A program made the position numbers and the translations under genes. 64,000 bases of DNA from an uncultured bacterium. Its GTDB lineage: Bacteria; Verrucomicrobiota; Verrucomicrobiia; Verrucomicrobiales; DEV007. Below, in pieces: positions 37,886 to 47,556 of this stretch. The notes beneath the pieces were generated by a model, which had not been told where the DNA came from, did no database searches, and saw only the letters and a program-made list of their open reading frames with translations. The DNA is taken from assembly GCA_963977015.1 (NCBI GenBank), contig CAXBMO010000007.1:206649-270648 (forward strand), written 5' to 3'. How positions within the stretch are numbered: position 1 is the stretch's first letter; each line of letters begins with the position of its first letter.

Positions 37886-38833
37886 CTACTTCACCCACGC
37901 GGAGTGAAGCGCTTCGCAGTTTTCAAGGCTAACTTCTCCCTTCTGAATCACCAAACGGTATTTCACCTCAAGTGGCTTATCGGGAGTCACATCAGCGACA
38001 AAGTAAGATCCAAACCGGCCATAATCGCGCTCGCTATAGGTCGCAGGTTTGGGATTCTCTGGATGATCAAGATACACCGTGGTATAGCGCTCTCCGCCCA
38101 CAACAAAACTCATCGCCTTCCAAGGCAAATTGGTAATATTCGCGGCACCGCGATTCTCCTTCCCAAGATTGATGGTTTTGCCCATCTCTGCTTTGCCACT
38201 CTCTGGTCGAATATAGTAGGTCTGTCCTTTCGTGGATTCAGCCACCTCATTGGATGCTCGAAACTGAAATCCAGCATGCTGCGGATCCCCATCCAAATGA
38301 ACCTTGGGCACTTCGGTCGACAATGTTGAAGTGAAATCGACCACGAGTTGATCTCCTTCTCCCATTCGAAACACCAGATCTCTTTCTTCCGTGATGAACG
38401 TCGTTCCATCGTCCTTTTTCCAAGCAATTTGAACCCGCTGATGCGCCTGCTCTTTAGTCGCTTCAGAAATCAATACCGATTCGTGCAGCTGAAACGCCTT
38501 CCGGCAATGCCAAGTGTCGACCGTGCCGGAAGTTCCATCAATCCCGCACTTGGAAAAGCCGAAGTAAATCCCTCGATGATGGGTAAATTTTCCTCCGGGC
38601 CCCTTGGTGATGAAATTTTCTCCCTGGGAATCGTAGACTTGGTGAAACGGTTTGTAAGTTTCCTCCCGGCGCTCCGGATCCATGGCCTCGGAAACGTAGC
38701 GGACGATGTTCCGGCCGTTGTACGACAAATCGGAGTGTTTTCCTGCCGTTTCCTGCCACGCGAAACCGGAGTCATCCGCGCACAAGTTTCCGACGACCAA
38801 GAGTCCAAGAAAGGTCAAAAAAGGGGCTTTCAT
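37886..38833 (-). CDS. Exported DUF6807-like protein
   Basis: Signal peptide; YKPFHQV, THHRGIYFG, HAGFQFR, LDHPENP, RDYGRFG. Confidence 0.65.
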   Translation of the reverse strand: MKAPFLTFLGLLVVGNLCADDSGFAWQETAGKHSDLSYNGRNIVRYVSEAMDPERREETYKPFHQVYDSQGENFITKGPGGKFTHHRGIYFGFSKCGIDGTSGTVDTWHCRKAFQLHESVLISEATKEQAHQRVQIAWKKDDGTTFITEERDLVFRMGEGDQLVVDFTSTLSTEVPKVHLDGDPQHAGFQFRASNEVAESTKGQTYYIRPESGKAEMGKTINLGKENRGAANITNLPWKAMSFVVGGERYTTVYLDHPENPKPATYSERDYGRFGSYFVADVTPDKPLEVKYRLVIQKGEVSLENCEALHSAWVK

Positions 38834-38844
38834 ACGACGCCTCC

Positions 38845-39702
38845 TTAGTGCGGCTTCCCGTATTTCGCAATCAGTTCCTTGATCCTTGCGGCCCGGTTTC
38901 CGGGGTTGGGATGAGTACTCATGAATTCGGGCTGCCGGGCGCCTCCCGAGGCTTGCTCCAGAACCTTCATCACGCCGATCAACCCCTCGGGATTATATCC
39001 CGCCGCAATCATGATCTGAACCCCAAGCGAATCCGCCTGATACTCGTCTTCCCTTCCGTAGCGAGTCGTCAGCATCTGATTGACCATCCCGGCAACCGCC
39101 GCATTCTGGCCATTTTCCGACACCAGAACGCCGGCAGCCTGACCAATTCCCGCATTTCTCATCCGCACCGCAATTTGTTCGGCAGAATGCCGCCCGATAA
39201 CGTGGCCAATTTCATGACCAATCACCCCAGCCACTTCATCCTCACCCGGCAACATCTTGTAAAGGCCGTACGTCATGAACACCTGTCCACCAGGCAGCGC
39301 AAAGGCATTGATGGTATCCGGGTCCCGGAGCAGGTGAAACTCAAATTTATACGGAGTTTCGCCAACCGACGCGAGCAGCCTCGCTCCAATCTGATCAATT
39401 TGCCGCTGGAGCCCTTGATCCGGGTGATCGCCACCATGCTGTTGTTTCATGGGATCGACCGCCTGCAATCCCATCGCGATCTCCATTTCCGGAGTCATCT
39501 CTTTCGGGATCCGTTGCTCTTCGCCCGTATACTCGTTTAGCTCGGTTTTGGTTGAGCCGTAGTAGCTTATAAACGCAACCGCAAGCATGATTAGGGCCAG
39601 GAAAATGCGCCCTGAACAACCGCCTTTTCCGGGACGACCGGGCCGCCCTCCGGCGGATCTCCGCATTCCGCCAAACATCATTCGAGCAGGTATGTCACTC
39701 AT
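38845..39702 (-). CDS. M48-family zinc metallopeptidase
   Basis: NAFALPGG, GHEIGH (HExxH), EYQAD, AGYNP, STHP. Confidence 0.9.
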   Translation of the reverse strand: MSDIPARMMFGGMRRSAGGRPGRPGKGGCSGRIFLALIMLAVAFISYYGSTKTELNEYTGEEQRIPKEMTPEMEIAMGLQAVDPMKQQHGGDHPDQGLQRQIDQIGARLLASVGETPYKFEFHLLRDPDTINAFALPGGQVFMTYGLYKMLPGEDEVAGVIGHEIGHVIGRHSAEQIAVRMRNAGIGQAAGVLVSENGQNAAVAGMVNQMLTTRYGREDEYQADSLGVQIMIAAGYNPEGLIGVMKVLEQASGGARQPEFMSTHPNPGNRAARIKELIAKYGKPH

Positions 39703-40149
39703 CTTGGTGAAATGTTAGACAGGCAATGAACTCCTGTCCAAGCAAAACCATGAGAGGAATCCGCGTGAGATCGATGCCACGGATCGCATTCCTGCGGGTC
39801 AGACCTCAATCCATCCGACCTCAAACTGAACCACTGGGCTAGCTCGAACCACTTTCCCCCTCAGAATTCGCACTCTCGGATTGATGCTTGCTGCCACAAT
39901 TTCCGGCACCCTTGCCGTGAAGATCGCAGGTCTGGCAACAGCACGGCTTTTTCGCAATCGGAGGATCGCTCCGTTCCTGGGTGGAATCGTAGTCGTTTTC
40001 ACCCAGGGAATCGATTTCGGTATGAATTTGCACGCCAGCATTCTGCAGGACATTCCTCGACCTGGCTTAGCCATAATTGTGTTGGCTTGTGCAGATTTTG
40101 CGGGCAAGATTATCAACGTAGCCCCCGTGTTTTCGCCAACCCAAATGCA

Positions 40150-42396
40150 ATGAAATCTTCGATTTCTCTCGTTCTAATCCTCTCCCTGTTTTTGCCGCTC
40201 ATCCTTCAGGCGGCACCGGCAGAGAAGCGCATCACGGCGAGCGAGAGGCTCGACCAATTGGTGTTGGAAAACCTCAAAACTCAGGGCCTGGAGCCAACCC
40301 CACCTGCGACCGACGAGATCTTCCTTCGACGGATCTATATGGACGTGATCGGACGGGCTCCAACCAAGGCAGAAGCCGTCTCGTTTCTCGAGAATGCGGC
40401 CAAAAACAAGCGGGCGGTCCTGATTCGGGATTTGTTGAACTCAGAGGGCTACATCAGCCATAGTTACAACTACTTCGCCGATCTCCTTCGCGCCAAGACC
40501 CAGATTTCCGGCGTGGGCAGCAGCAGGACAGCTGGTTACGCTTATGAACGCTGGATCAAAGACAACCTCCGCGAAAACAAGCCCTACGACGAATTGGTTT
40601 ACGAGTTGCTGACGGCAAGCGGCCAAAGCTGGAAAAATGGCGCGGTCGGTTACTATCTGAGGGACTACGGGATGCCTCTCGACAATCTGGCGATTACCAC
40701 TCAGGTCTTTTTGGGCAGCCAAATCGTTTGTGCGCAGTGCCACAACCACCCGTTCGATTCGTGGACCCAAATGGATTACTATCACCTGAGCGCCTTCACG
40801 TTCGGGATGATGACGACCAATCAGGCTGAGAATTCGCGAGCGGCACAAGCACTCTTCAACCGGCAGGGAAAACCGGACGCGGATGAGCGTCGCGCCTTCA
40901 GTCGCGCCATGAGCGAAGTTCTCAAGCCGCTTCGGTTCAACAACGTTTGGGAGCAGGATCGAAAACTCCGGTTGCCTCACGACTACCAGTACAGCGACGC
41001 AGCGCCAAAAGCAGTGGTGCAGCCCGCAGTTCCTTACGGTGAACAGCCAAAGGTCGAAAAAGGCGAGGTTCCGATTCATCAATTTGCGCAGTGGATGACG
41101 TCCCCCGAGAATCCGCGGTTCACGAAGGTGATCGCGAACCGCTTGTGGAAGCGGGCCATGGGCCTTGGCTTGATAGAGCCGGTGGATGACATGCGCGAGG
41201 ACACGAACGCGTCCAATCCGGCCCTGATGACCTTTCTCGAACGACGCATGGTCAATCTCGACTACGACATGAAGCGTTTCCTGCAGATGATTTATCTGAG
41301 TGACGCCTATCAGCGGGAATCATCTCCAGCCGAGGTCTCCCTGGGGCAAGCCTACCATTTTCCGGGTCCCGTTCTGCGTCGATTGAGTGCGGAACAAATT
41401 TGGGATTCGCTGGTCGCCATGGTCGTTGAGGATGTCGATAGACCGAGCCAACGCGCAGAATTGGTAAGGGAACAGCTGATCACGCGGACGGAGTGGGTCG
41501 CCAACGGAGTTTATGATCTGTCGAGCGAGGATTTGATGGAACTGGGCATCGAAATTGCCGCCAAACAGCAGGAACTGGCCGATCGACTTCAGTCAACTCA
41601 GGAGAAAGTGGCACAAGCCAGGGAAGACGAAGACGCCGAGAAGATTCGGGCGGCGCTCAACGAGGCGGCACTGGTGCGCGGAGAACTCGCCGAAATGATC
41701 AGCAACTCGGTCTACCGGAAGGGCCTGCAACAGAAAGCGGAGCTGGTCATGAACGACAGCGTCAGCAGTGATGAGTTTTTGGCGGAACTGGCTACCGTCA
41801 TCACAGACGAAGGACTGATGGAGCCACAATTGCGCGGTGAGAGCCGGAGCAACGGTTTTGATGGCGGGCAATACGTCAACGGCTTGGTGGATGCGGTTCT
41901 CGCGCCCCAAATCCAAGCGCTGGAACAAGCGGAAGCGGAACAAAGAGATCGAGAGATGGAGGAATGGGCCGTGGATACAGCCAAGAAGCGGACAGTTTAC
42001 AAAACGTTCGTCAAAACTCGCCGTTCCTTTGTGCGGGCAAGCGATATCCGCTCTCCCGCGCCCAACGGGCATTTCCTGCGTGAATTCGGTCAGAGTGATC
42101 GTGAATTGGTCGAAAACGCGAATGACCAAGCCTCCATCACCCAGGCTTTGGCTCTGATGAACGGAACCATTTCAAACGGAATCATGAGCTCGTTCTCCGT
42201 CATCACGAGAGATTTGCGGGACGACGCCAACCCAACGGAAAGGCTCGATACCATTTACCTGACGATGCTGAGCCGGTTGCCAACCGCGGAAGAGCGAAAG
42301 ATGCTGTTGCCAATCCTCCGCGCCGAGGGGATTCAAGGTAGCCAACAAGTCATCTGGACACTGCTCAACACGCGGCAGTTTCTCTTCCTGCAATAA
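40150..42396 (+). CDS. DUF1549/DUF1553 PVC-type protein
   Basis: DEIFLRRIYMD, NKPYDE, CAQCHNHPFD, NPRF..VIANRLW, RRLSAEQIWDS, QALALMN. Confidence 0.9.
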   Translation: MKSSISLVLILSLFLPLILQAAPAEKRITASERLDQLVLENLKTQGLEPTPPATDEIFLRRIYMDVIGRAPTKAEAVSFLENAAKNKRAVLIRDLLNSEGYISHSYNYFADLLRAKTQISGVGSSRTAGYAYERWIKDNLRENKPYDELVYELLTASGQSWKNGAVGYYLRDYGMPLDNLAITTQVFLGSQIVCAQCHNHPFDSWTQMDYYHLSAFTFGMMTTNQAENSRAAQALFNRQGKPDADERRAFSRAMSEVLKPLRFNNVWEQDRKLRLPHDYQYSDAAPKAVVQPAVPYGEQPKVEKGEVPIHQFAQWMTSPENPRFTKVIANRLWKRAMGLGLIEPVDDMREDTNASNPALMTFLERRMVNLDYDMKRFLQMIYLSDAYQRESSPAEVSLGQAYHFPGPVLRRLSAEQIWDSLVAMVVEDVDRPSQRAELVREQLITRTEWVANGVYDLSSEDLMELGIEIAAKQQELADRLQSTQEKVAQAREDEDAEKIRAALNEAALVRGELAEMISNSVYRKGLQQKAELVMNDSVSSDEFLAELATVITDEGLMEPQLRGESRSNGFDGGQYVNGLVDAVLAPQIQALEQAEAEQRDREMEEWAVDTAKKRTVYKTFVKTRRSFVRASDIRSPAPNGHFLREFGQSDRELVENANDQASITQALALMNGTISNGIMSSFSVITRDLRDDANPTERLDTIYLTMLSRLPTAEERKMLLPILRAEGIQGSQQVIWTLLNTRQFLFLQ

Positions 42397-42402
42397 ACCG
42401 GC

Positions 42403-43032
42403 TTAAACCGTCAGCGCAGCCGCCGTCGACTCCAGGAAATTCCCGAGAATCTGGAGCCCAAGTTTCTGGCTTTTTTCGGGGTGGAATTGGGTTGCGACCA
42501 CGTTTCCTTTGCGAATGCTTGAGGCAAACTGGAGCCCGTAATCCGCCGTCGAGGCCACAATTTCGGATTCATCCGGTTTCGGATAAAACGAGTGCACAAA
42601 ATAAACGTGCGGATGAGGGGGAAGCCCCTTCCAGAGCGGATCGGCAGGATCCACCGGCTGAATCTCGTTCCAGCCCATGTGCGGCACCTTTAAATCCGAC
42701 TTCGGGAAGCGGACGACGCTCCCGCCAAGCACGCCAAGCCCATCAACGCCGGGTGACTCCTCGCTCGATTCGAACAAAATTTGATATCCCAGGCAAATTC
42801 CAAGGTAGGGCTTCCCTTCCTTTACCCACGCCCGAATCGGTTCCCACAGTTCCTGTTTTTGAAGGTTTTCGACACAATCGCCGAAGGCGCCGACACCAGG
42901 CAATATCAGCGTATCAACCGCCTCCAACTCGGATGGTTGATGGACGATTTGAGCCGCGAAGTTAAGGGTCTCGACAGCTTTGTGAACGCTGCGCAAGTTT
43001 CCAGCTCCGTAATCAATGATGCCTGTTTTCAC
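42403..43032 (-). CDS. hisH: Imidazole glycerol phosphate synthase glutaminase subunit
   Basis: IDYGAGNLRSV, LPGVGAF, GICLG, PHMGWN, YFVHSF, QFHPEKS. Confidence 0.96.
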   Translation of the reverse strand: MKTGIIDYGAGNLRSVHKAVETLNFAAQIVHQPSELEAVDTLILPGVGAFGDCVENLQKQELWEPIRAWVKEGKPYLGICLGYQILFESSEESPGVDGLGVLGGSVVRFPKSDLKVPHMGWNEIQPVDPADPLWKGLPPHPHVYFVHSFYPKPDESEIVASTADYGLQFASSIRKGNVVATQFHPEKSQKLGLQILGNFLESTAAALTV

Positions 43033-43039
43033 GAGGCGC

Positions 43040-44500
43040 CTAGCTTATCACCTCTTGCCAACCCTTCACGAAAAACTTTTCTTCGAGCGAGTCCCACAAT
43101 TCCCCGATCTGCTCGCGGGAGCTACTCACCCGAATTTCGCGCTGAAGCGGAACTTTGCGATTGGGACTGTAATCAGTCAGATGAACCACATAGGCTGGAA
43201 ACGGCGAATTTTCGCCCTCCTTATTGGTCTTCCACATCAAGAGCTTGCGAACCATGGTGGCCCCTTTGAGCGTTTTCGTGGCCACCTTTCGGCGAAGCAG
43301 ATCACTGGACGGCAGTTCCAATTCCCTGGCACTTTTGTCGGCCAACGAAATCTCCACCAGATCGGTCAGTTGCTTGATCGCGATGTCGTTGGGATGAATC
43401 TTCTTGTCGTCCCGAAATCGGATGAACTGCGGTGAGATCACGCTGACCAATGGCAAGCGGCGCACCGTTTCCCAAGTCTTTTTCTCCGCGTTCCAATTCA
43501 AAACCATCCGGTCAATCGTTCCTCCTCGAGTCGTTTGTGATACGAGATCGAGACAGGAAATCTCCGCGACCATCGTTGGCTCAACCATCTGGTAGGCCAC
43601 GCGATCGGAATTCACTTCGGCATACTCGCTGGAAACCACCAGGTCGCTGAGATCGGAGAGAAAATCACTTCTTTCCTGGTCCGCAAACCCGCCTCCCACC
43701 CGGCCCAAAATCTGAAATGAGCCATCGCCACGCATGATCGCCAGAAGGAGGTCGTGAATCATCCCCGATCGATCGCCGGTTCCTTCCGCAAATCCGATCA
43801 CTGCGACATCCAACGTATGGCGCGGCTTGATCTTAAAGAAACCCGCATTGTCACTTCGCACGACAACCCCTTCCCCACCCTCCTTTTCAACCCACTGCTC
43901 AAACTGCTTCCGAACCGATTTTTCACTCCCCTGAACCGTTTCGACCGGATGAATCTTGCGGCCCGTTCCAAACACCGCCTCGATCTTTTCCCACTTCTCA
44001 GCATAGGAACCTGCGACCGCCTCGTCGCCCAATTCGATAATGTCGAAGACGGCAAACTGGAGGGAATCGACTTCCTGTTGATTCCCTGGTTTTCGAGCCA
44101 CCTTCACGACATCGTGAACTCGAGGGCGCTGATCGTCACTACGATTGACATAAAGCTCCCCGGCAATCATCGCGCTCTCGATCCCGGCGTTCTGTAGAAG
44201 GTTGGTGGCCTCTTCCAGGAAGGGCGCTCCATGGCGAATGGTGCCACCGGGATTTAAGGCGATCGCATCTCCGTCCTTCAGAATCACCACGGAAAACTCC
44301 CCATCGATTTTGCGGCTGATATGATAGTGATTCGCGATGACATGCTTGGAAATGCCTGTCTTATCCAGCGCCATCATCTGAGCACCGATCTGCCGGCGGA
44401 ATGCCTGAACCCGAGTCAGCATTGCCGATTGATGGAGTGCCGTTCCCGGAGCGACGCCATACTTGCCGAACTTTATATTGAGACGAGCCTGCTCAAACAT
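43040..44500 (-). CDS. ATP-dependent DNA ligase-like protein (adenylation + OB fold) with a WGR-like C-terminus
   Basis: Motif I RKIDGE, III IAGELY, IIIa FAVFDI, IV EGVVVR, V FKIKP; OB-fold motifs LDVAVIG, GRVGGGF, PQFIRFRDDK. Confidence 0.85.
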   Translation of the reverse strand: MFEQARLNIKFGKYGVAPGTALHQSAMLTRVQAFRRQIGAQMMALDKTGISKHVIANHYHISRKIDGEFSVVILKDGDAIALNPGGTIRHGAPFLEEATNLLQNAGIESAMIAGELYVNRSDDQRPRVHDVVKVARKPGNQQEVDSLQFAVFDIIELGDEAVAGSYAEKWEKIEAVFGTGRKIHPVETVQGSEKSVRKQFEQWVEKEGGEGVVVRSDNAGFFKIKPRHTLDVAVIGFAEGTGDRSGMIHDLLLAIMRGDGSFQILGRVGGGFADQERSDFLSDLSDLVVSSEYAEVNSDRVAYQMVEPTMVAEISCLDLVSQTTRGGTIDRMVLNWNAEKKTWETVRRLPLVSVISPQFIRFRDDKKIHPNDIAIKQLTDLVEISLADKSARELELPSSDLLRRKVATKTLKGATMVRKLLMWKTNKEGENSPFPAYVVHLTDYSPNRKVPLQREIRVSSSREQIGELWDSLEEKFFVKGWQEVIS

Positions 44501-44502
44501 CT

Positions 44503-45369
44503 CTATTTCCCTCCCTTCACATTCTTCTTCGCCGACTTCTTCTTGGAAGTCTTCTTTGTCGTCTTCTTCGCCAGAGCCTTTTTCTTGGCAGCCGCCGTCT
44601 TCTTGCTTGCAACCTTCTCGACCGGTTCAGCTTTAGCTTCTTCCTCTTTTGGCTCGCCTTTCTCAGCAGGTTCAGGCCGCTTCAGTTCCATATTCGTCAG
44701 GTGAAGAATCAGCGCATATTTCTTACCATCCGTTCGTCCCTCGAGAAACCCGAAGTATTCCACCCCACCCCGGCGAAACAAGAGTTTGTCAACGCCCTTG
44801 GCCCCTCCCCCAACCCGCATCAGGCATTCCTCGTCTTCCAACTCTTTGGCCATGTCATAGAGGAAGTCATAGGTCAGACCGTTAACGTGGATGATCTGCA
44901 CCTTTGATCCAAAAATGAATTGGTTATAGATCTGCGATTTCTTGAACTTTTTGCCGGTCCATTTGATCGGCGTTTCTGTCGCGACATTGGGCTCAACAAC
45001 CGTTTTCTCCCTGCGTCCTTTGACATTCCCCTCCGGATCATAGACAACCTCCTCAAGGGTTACCTTATGTACAATGTTGGAATCGGGATCGATATACACA
45101 CGAGAGGTATCTTCCAGAAACTGTCCGAACATCTCAAGATCCACTTCCGGATCGCCATCCTGAAAGGCTTGCGCGATTTCTTCCGGATCATCTCCATACT
45201 TCTGCTCGAGCGCTCCCAGATCATGAGGGACGGTTGATCGCAGAATCTTGAACGAACCGGCTTGCGCCCCGGCGTCATCAACCCAGCGCACGTGAAAAGA
45301 GGTTGCCACGCTCTCCGCCGCAACCAATGCGTCCCGTCCTTTGCTGTCTGATAGATTGATTTCCGCCAT
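44503..45369 (-). CDS. Hypothetical protein, divergent Ku-like, with a Lys/Ala-rich basic tail
   Basis: C-terminal half follows the Ku beta-barrel pattern; tail KKTAAAKKKALAKKTTKKTSKKKSAKK; 2 nt from the ligase start. Confidence 0.6.
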   Translation of the reverse strand: MAEINLSDSKGRDALVAAESVATSFHVRWVDDAGAQAGSFKILRSTVPHDLGALEQKYGDDPEEIAQAFQDGDPEVDLEMFGQFLEDTSRVYIDPDSNIVHKVTLEEVVYDPEGNVKGRREKTVVEPNVATETPIKWTGKKFKKSQIYNQFIFGSKVQIIHVNGLTYDFLYDMAKELEDEECLMRVGGGAKGVDKLLFRRGGVEYFGFLEGRTDGKKYALILHLTNMELKRPEPAEKGEPKEEEAKAEPVEKVASKKTAAAKKKALAKKTTKKTSKKKSAKKNVKGGK

Positions 45370-45375
45370 TTCTCG

Positions 45376-45999
45376 TTAGAATCCAAAATCCATGTCTTCT
45401 CCGTCAGCCTCATCACCCTCTTCGTCTTCTGAAATCAGCCCACGAGTTTCCTCCTGCCCGACAAAATGAATTTCGGCCTTTTTTCCGACCGTCATCCATA
45501 CCACTTCATCAGCGCCCATCAGCATGAATCCGGAATCTGGATCCAATCCCCCGCGATAGCTGAACGGAAACTTGTAAATAACACCGCTTTTCAGTTCCCC
45601 CAGTAGTTCCGAAGGAAATTCGTTTTCCCCAGCGAGGCTCAACTCATAGATCAGACGAATGTTGTGCGATAGATACTCTTCAAACGATGCTTTTTCGGAG
45701 AGTTGCGTTGAGAGCTTAAACGTGGAGGAAACTGGCGTAATTTCTTCCCCGTCCAAATCTACAGCTCTGAGCGCTCCTTTGTCTCTCCATTCTCCATCGG
45801 GCGATAGATAGGCCAGGGCGGTTCCTCCCATGGGAATCAACGTCTTGCCATCACCGGCAAGGCTGCCTAACTCGCAAGGCCGGCCGGATTCGTCCACAGC
45901 CTCAACTTTGACCGTTCCATAGAGCTTGGTTCGGTCTACTTTTGACACCGAACAGGAAAACTCTTTGGATCCAAATTGAAACTGCAATGCCTGGGCCAT
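45376..45999 (-). CDS. Hypothetical protein, divergent Ku-like, with an acidic tail
   Basis: Ku-like pattern FQFGS..., ALAYLSPDGEW, IRLIYEL, ELLGEL...FSYRGG; tail EDEEGDEADGEDMDFGF; 6 nt from the next gene. Confidence 0.6.
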   Translation of the reverse strand: MAQALQFQFGSKEFSCSVSKVDRTKLYGTVKVEAVDESGRPCELGSLAGDGKTLIPMGGTALAYLSPDGEWRDKGALRAVDLDGEEITPVSSTFKLSTQLSEKASFEEYLSHNIRLIYELSLAGENEFPSELLGELKSGVIYKFPFSYRGGLDPDSGFMLMGADEVVWMTVGKKAEIHFVGQEETRGLISEDEEGDEADGEDMDFGF

Positions 46000-46080
46000 T
46001 GTAATCTACGATATAGTACGCTTTCTATACCGCCTTCTCTTTTTATGGTCTTTACAAATTCAACGAGACGATGAGAAGAC

Positions 46081-47484
46081 CTATTGATGAAGTTCATCCA
46101 TCATCTCGATGAGATTTCGAACAACGATTTCGGCAGAATCTTTCTCAACCTTGTTCGTCGCGAGCCAGGTTTCATAGCCGCCAAAGGCATGTTGAAGACG
46201 GGAAGGTAGATAGCCAAAACCGCCGTTGGCGAGTTCGATGACAAACGTGTTTTCAAATGGGCTGCTTGACTTTAATTCCAAACCAATCTCAACCAGCACT
46301 TCAAAGGGAATCGCGCAGATTGCCAAATCTCCAATCCGGACCGCTTGAAGCAGGATCTTGGTTTCCTCGCCCAGTTCCGCCTGAGCCAAAACCCGCTCTG
46401 CATAGATTTTGGCTAACCGTGGAACCGATTTCTCATCCACCTTCGACCTTTCGAGATAACCCTTCGACCTCTCAATCTCTTCCCTGGTCGGAACTCGCAG
46501 ATTTAACGTGACCTCCCGCTCCAGCATTCCAAGCTTTCGCGGAGCCTGGTCCGTTCTCCGATCCGCCGCATACGCTGAATCGGCAACCTTGTTCGCCACC
46601 ACCCGAATCTGCTCGAAAGGCTCGCGGGAAGGACGTGGATTGCGAAAATTGATGTTGTTGATATCACCGCTGGTTCCATTGGAAAGCATGCCGACGAATT
46701 TCGATTCCGGCCTTTGTCGAAGTCGAACACCAATCAACCGAGCAAACTCGCCAAAGTAGTCCGCCGAAACCATCCCGCCAGTGTTTCCAACATAATGAAG
46801 CGGATAATTGGCCAACAATCCGATGGGCTTCCCCTTGGCATCTCGCAGCGAAAGAATTGAGACGTCCGGATCGATCGGTCCCGCCGGATGTAGGAGATTC
46901 GGGCCTCTGCCTGGATTCATCTTCGCCAAATCGGTGGTCTCTCCAAACGGATTCTCCGGCATCGTTCCAGCTTTCAAAAACCATCGCCGATTGAAGACCT
47001 CGTCAGGAAGCTCTTCCACGGAATAACCAGCGGTAGCGGGCTCCAACCTGGAATTTGCCTGAATGATCGCATCCGCGATCCCTTGAATGAGCAGCTTTTG
47101 GTAGGCCAGTTCCTGATCGGTTCCGTTGCTTGCATTGGCAAACGGCGCCGAGTGCGTATGCGTCGAAGCGACCAGCATGTGGCTCGCGGGAATCCCGGTT
47201 TTCGCCGACGCAATCTCCTTCGCCTGATCCAACTCAGGACGATGGACCATGCAACTGTCGACGATTGCAATGGCGACGGTGATTTCTGATCGCATCACCA
47301 ATGCCCGAACCGTCAGTGGATCATGCGCTTCCTCGGCCAACTTGGGAGAAAAGCTTCCCCGAAGATGGAGCGGCCATTCCTTGGGCGTGATATCGACCAA
47401 CGAAGATCCCGCCTCAAACTCTGGTTCCGCCCAAAGGGGCAGGACACCCATCCAAATCCAAACACTGCGCAGTAGCCATTTCAT
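46081..47484 (-). CDS. Neutral/alkaline ceramidase-like exported hydrolase
   Basis: VDITP, HDPLTVRALV, STHTHSAP, NRR, GPIDP, NYPLHY, SADYFG, NGTSGDIN, LANG..GYLP. Confidence 0.8.
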   Translation of the reverse strand: MKWLLRSVWIWMGVLPLWAEPEFEAGSSLVDITPKEWPLHLRGSFSPKLAEEAHDPLTVRALVMRSEITVAIAIVDSCMVHRPELDQAKEIASAKTGIPASHMLVASTHTHSAPFANASNGTDQELAYQKLLIQGIADAIIQANSRLEPATAGYSVEELPDEVFNRRWFLKAGTMPENPFGETTDLAKMNPGRGPNLLHPAGPIDPDVSILSLRDAKGKPIGLLANYPLHYVGNTGGMVSADYFGEFARLIGVRLRQRPESKFVGMLSNGTSGDINNINFRNPRPSREPFEQIRVVANKVADSAYAADRRTDQAPRKLGMLEREVTLNLRVPTREEIERSKGYLERSKVDEKSVPRLAKIYAERVLAQAELGEETKILLQAVRIGDLAICAIPFEVLVEIGLELKSSSPFENTFVIELANGGFGYLPSRLQHAFGGYETWLATNKVEKDSAEIVVRNLIEMMDELHQ

Positions 47485-47556
47485 GAAGGAAGCCTGACAA
47501 ATCCGCGGATCTTTGTCAGTCCCGAAAACCCAATTTGCCCAAAATCCCCCCCCTTG

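Noticed and set aside
37886-38833. Methane monooxygenase PmoA (a label sometimes given to this family)
   Set aside because: Soluble exported protein with no TM helices beyond the signal peptide, and no pmoC/pmoB nearby.
39839-40033. Small Cys-rich ORF (KPCCCQTCDLH..NCG) as a metallothionein-like peptide
   Set aside because: GTG start, competing overlapping ORFs on both strands and no supporting signals; cannot be supported from sequence alone.
40150-42396. DUF1549/DUF1553 gene lacking a downstream DUF1501 partner
   Set aside because: These families are highly expanded in PVC genomes and solo copies are unremarkable.
42403-43039. hisH as a member of the Ku-like/ligase operon (7-nt gap)
   Set aside because: Ordinary HisH with its own possible -10 (TAAGCT) just upstream; likely a passive neighbour.
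46000-46080. SOS/LexA box upstream of the Ku-like operon
   Set aside because: No TGTTC-N4-GAACA-type or CTGT-N8-ACAG site seen; only a weak TATAG-N8-CTATA at 46012-46029.
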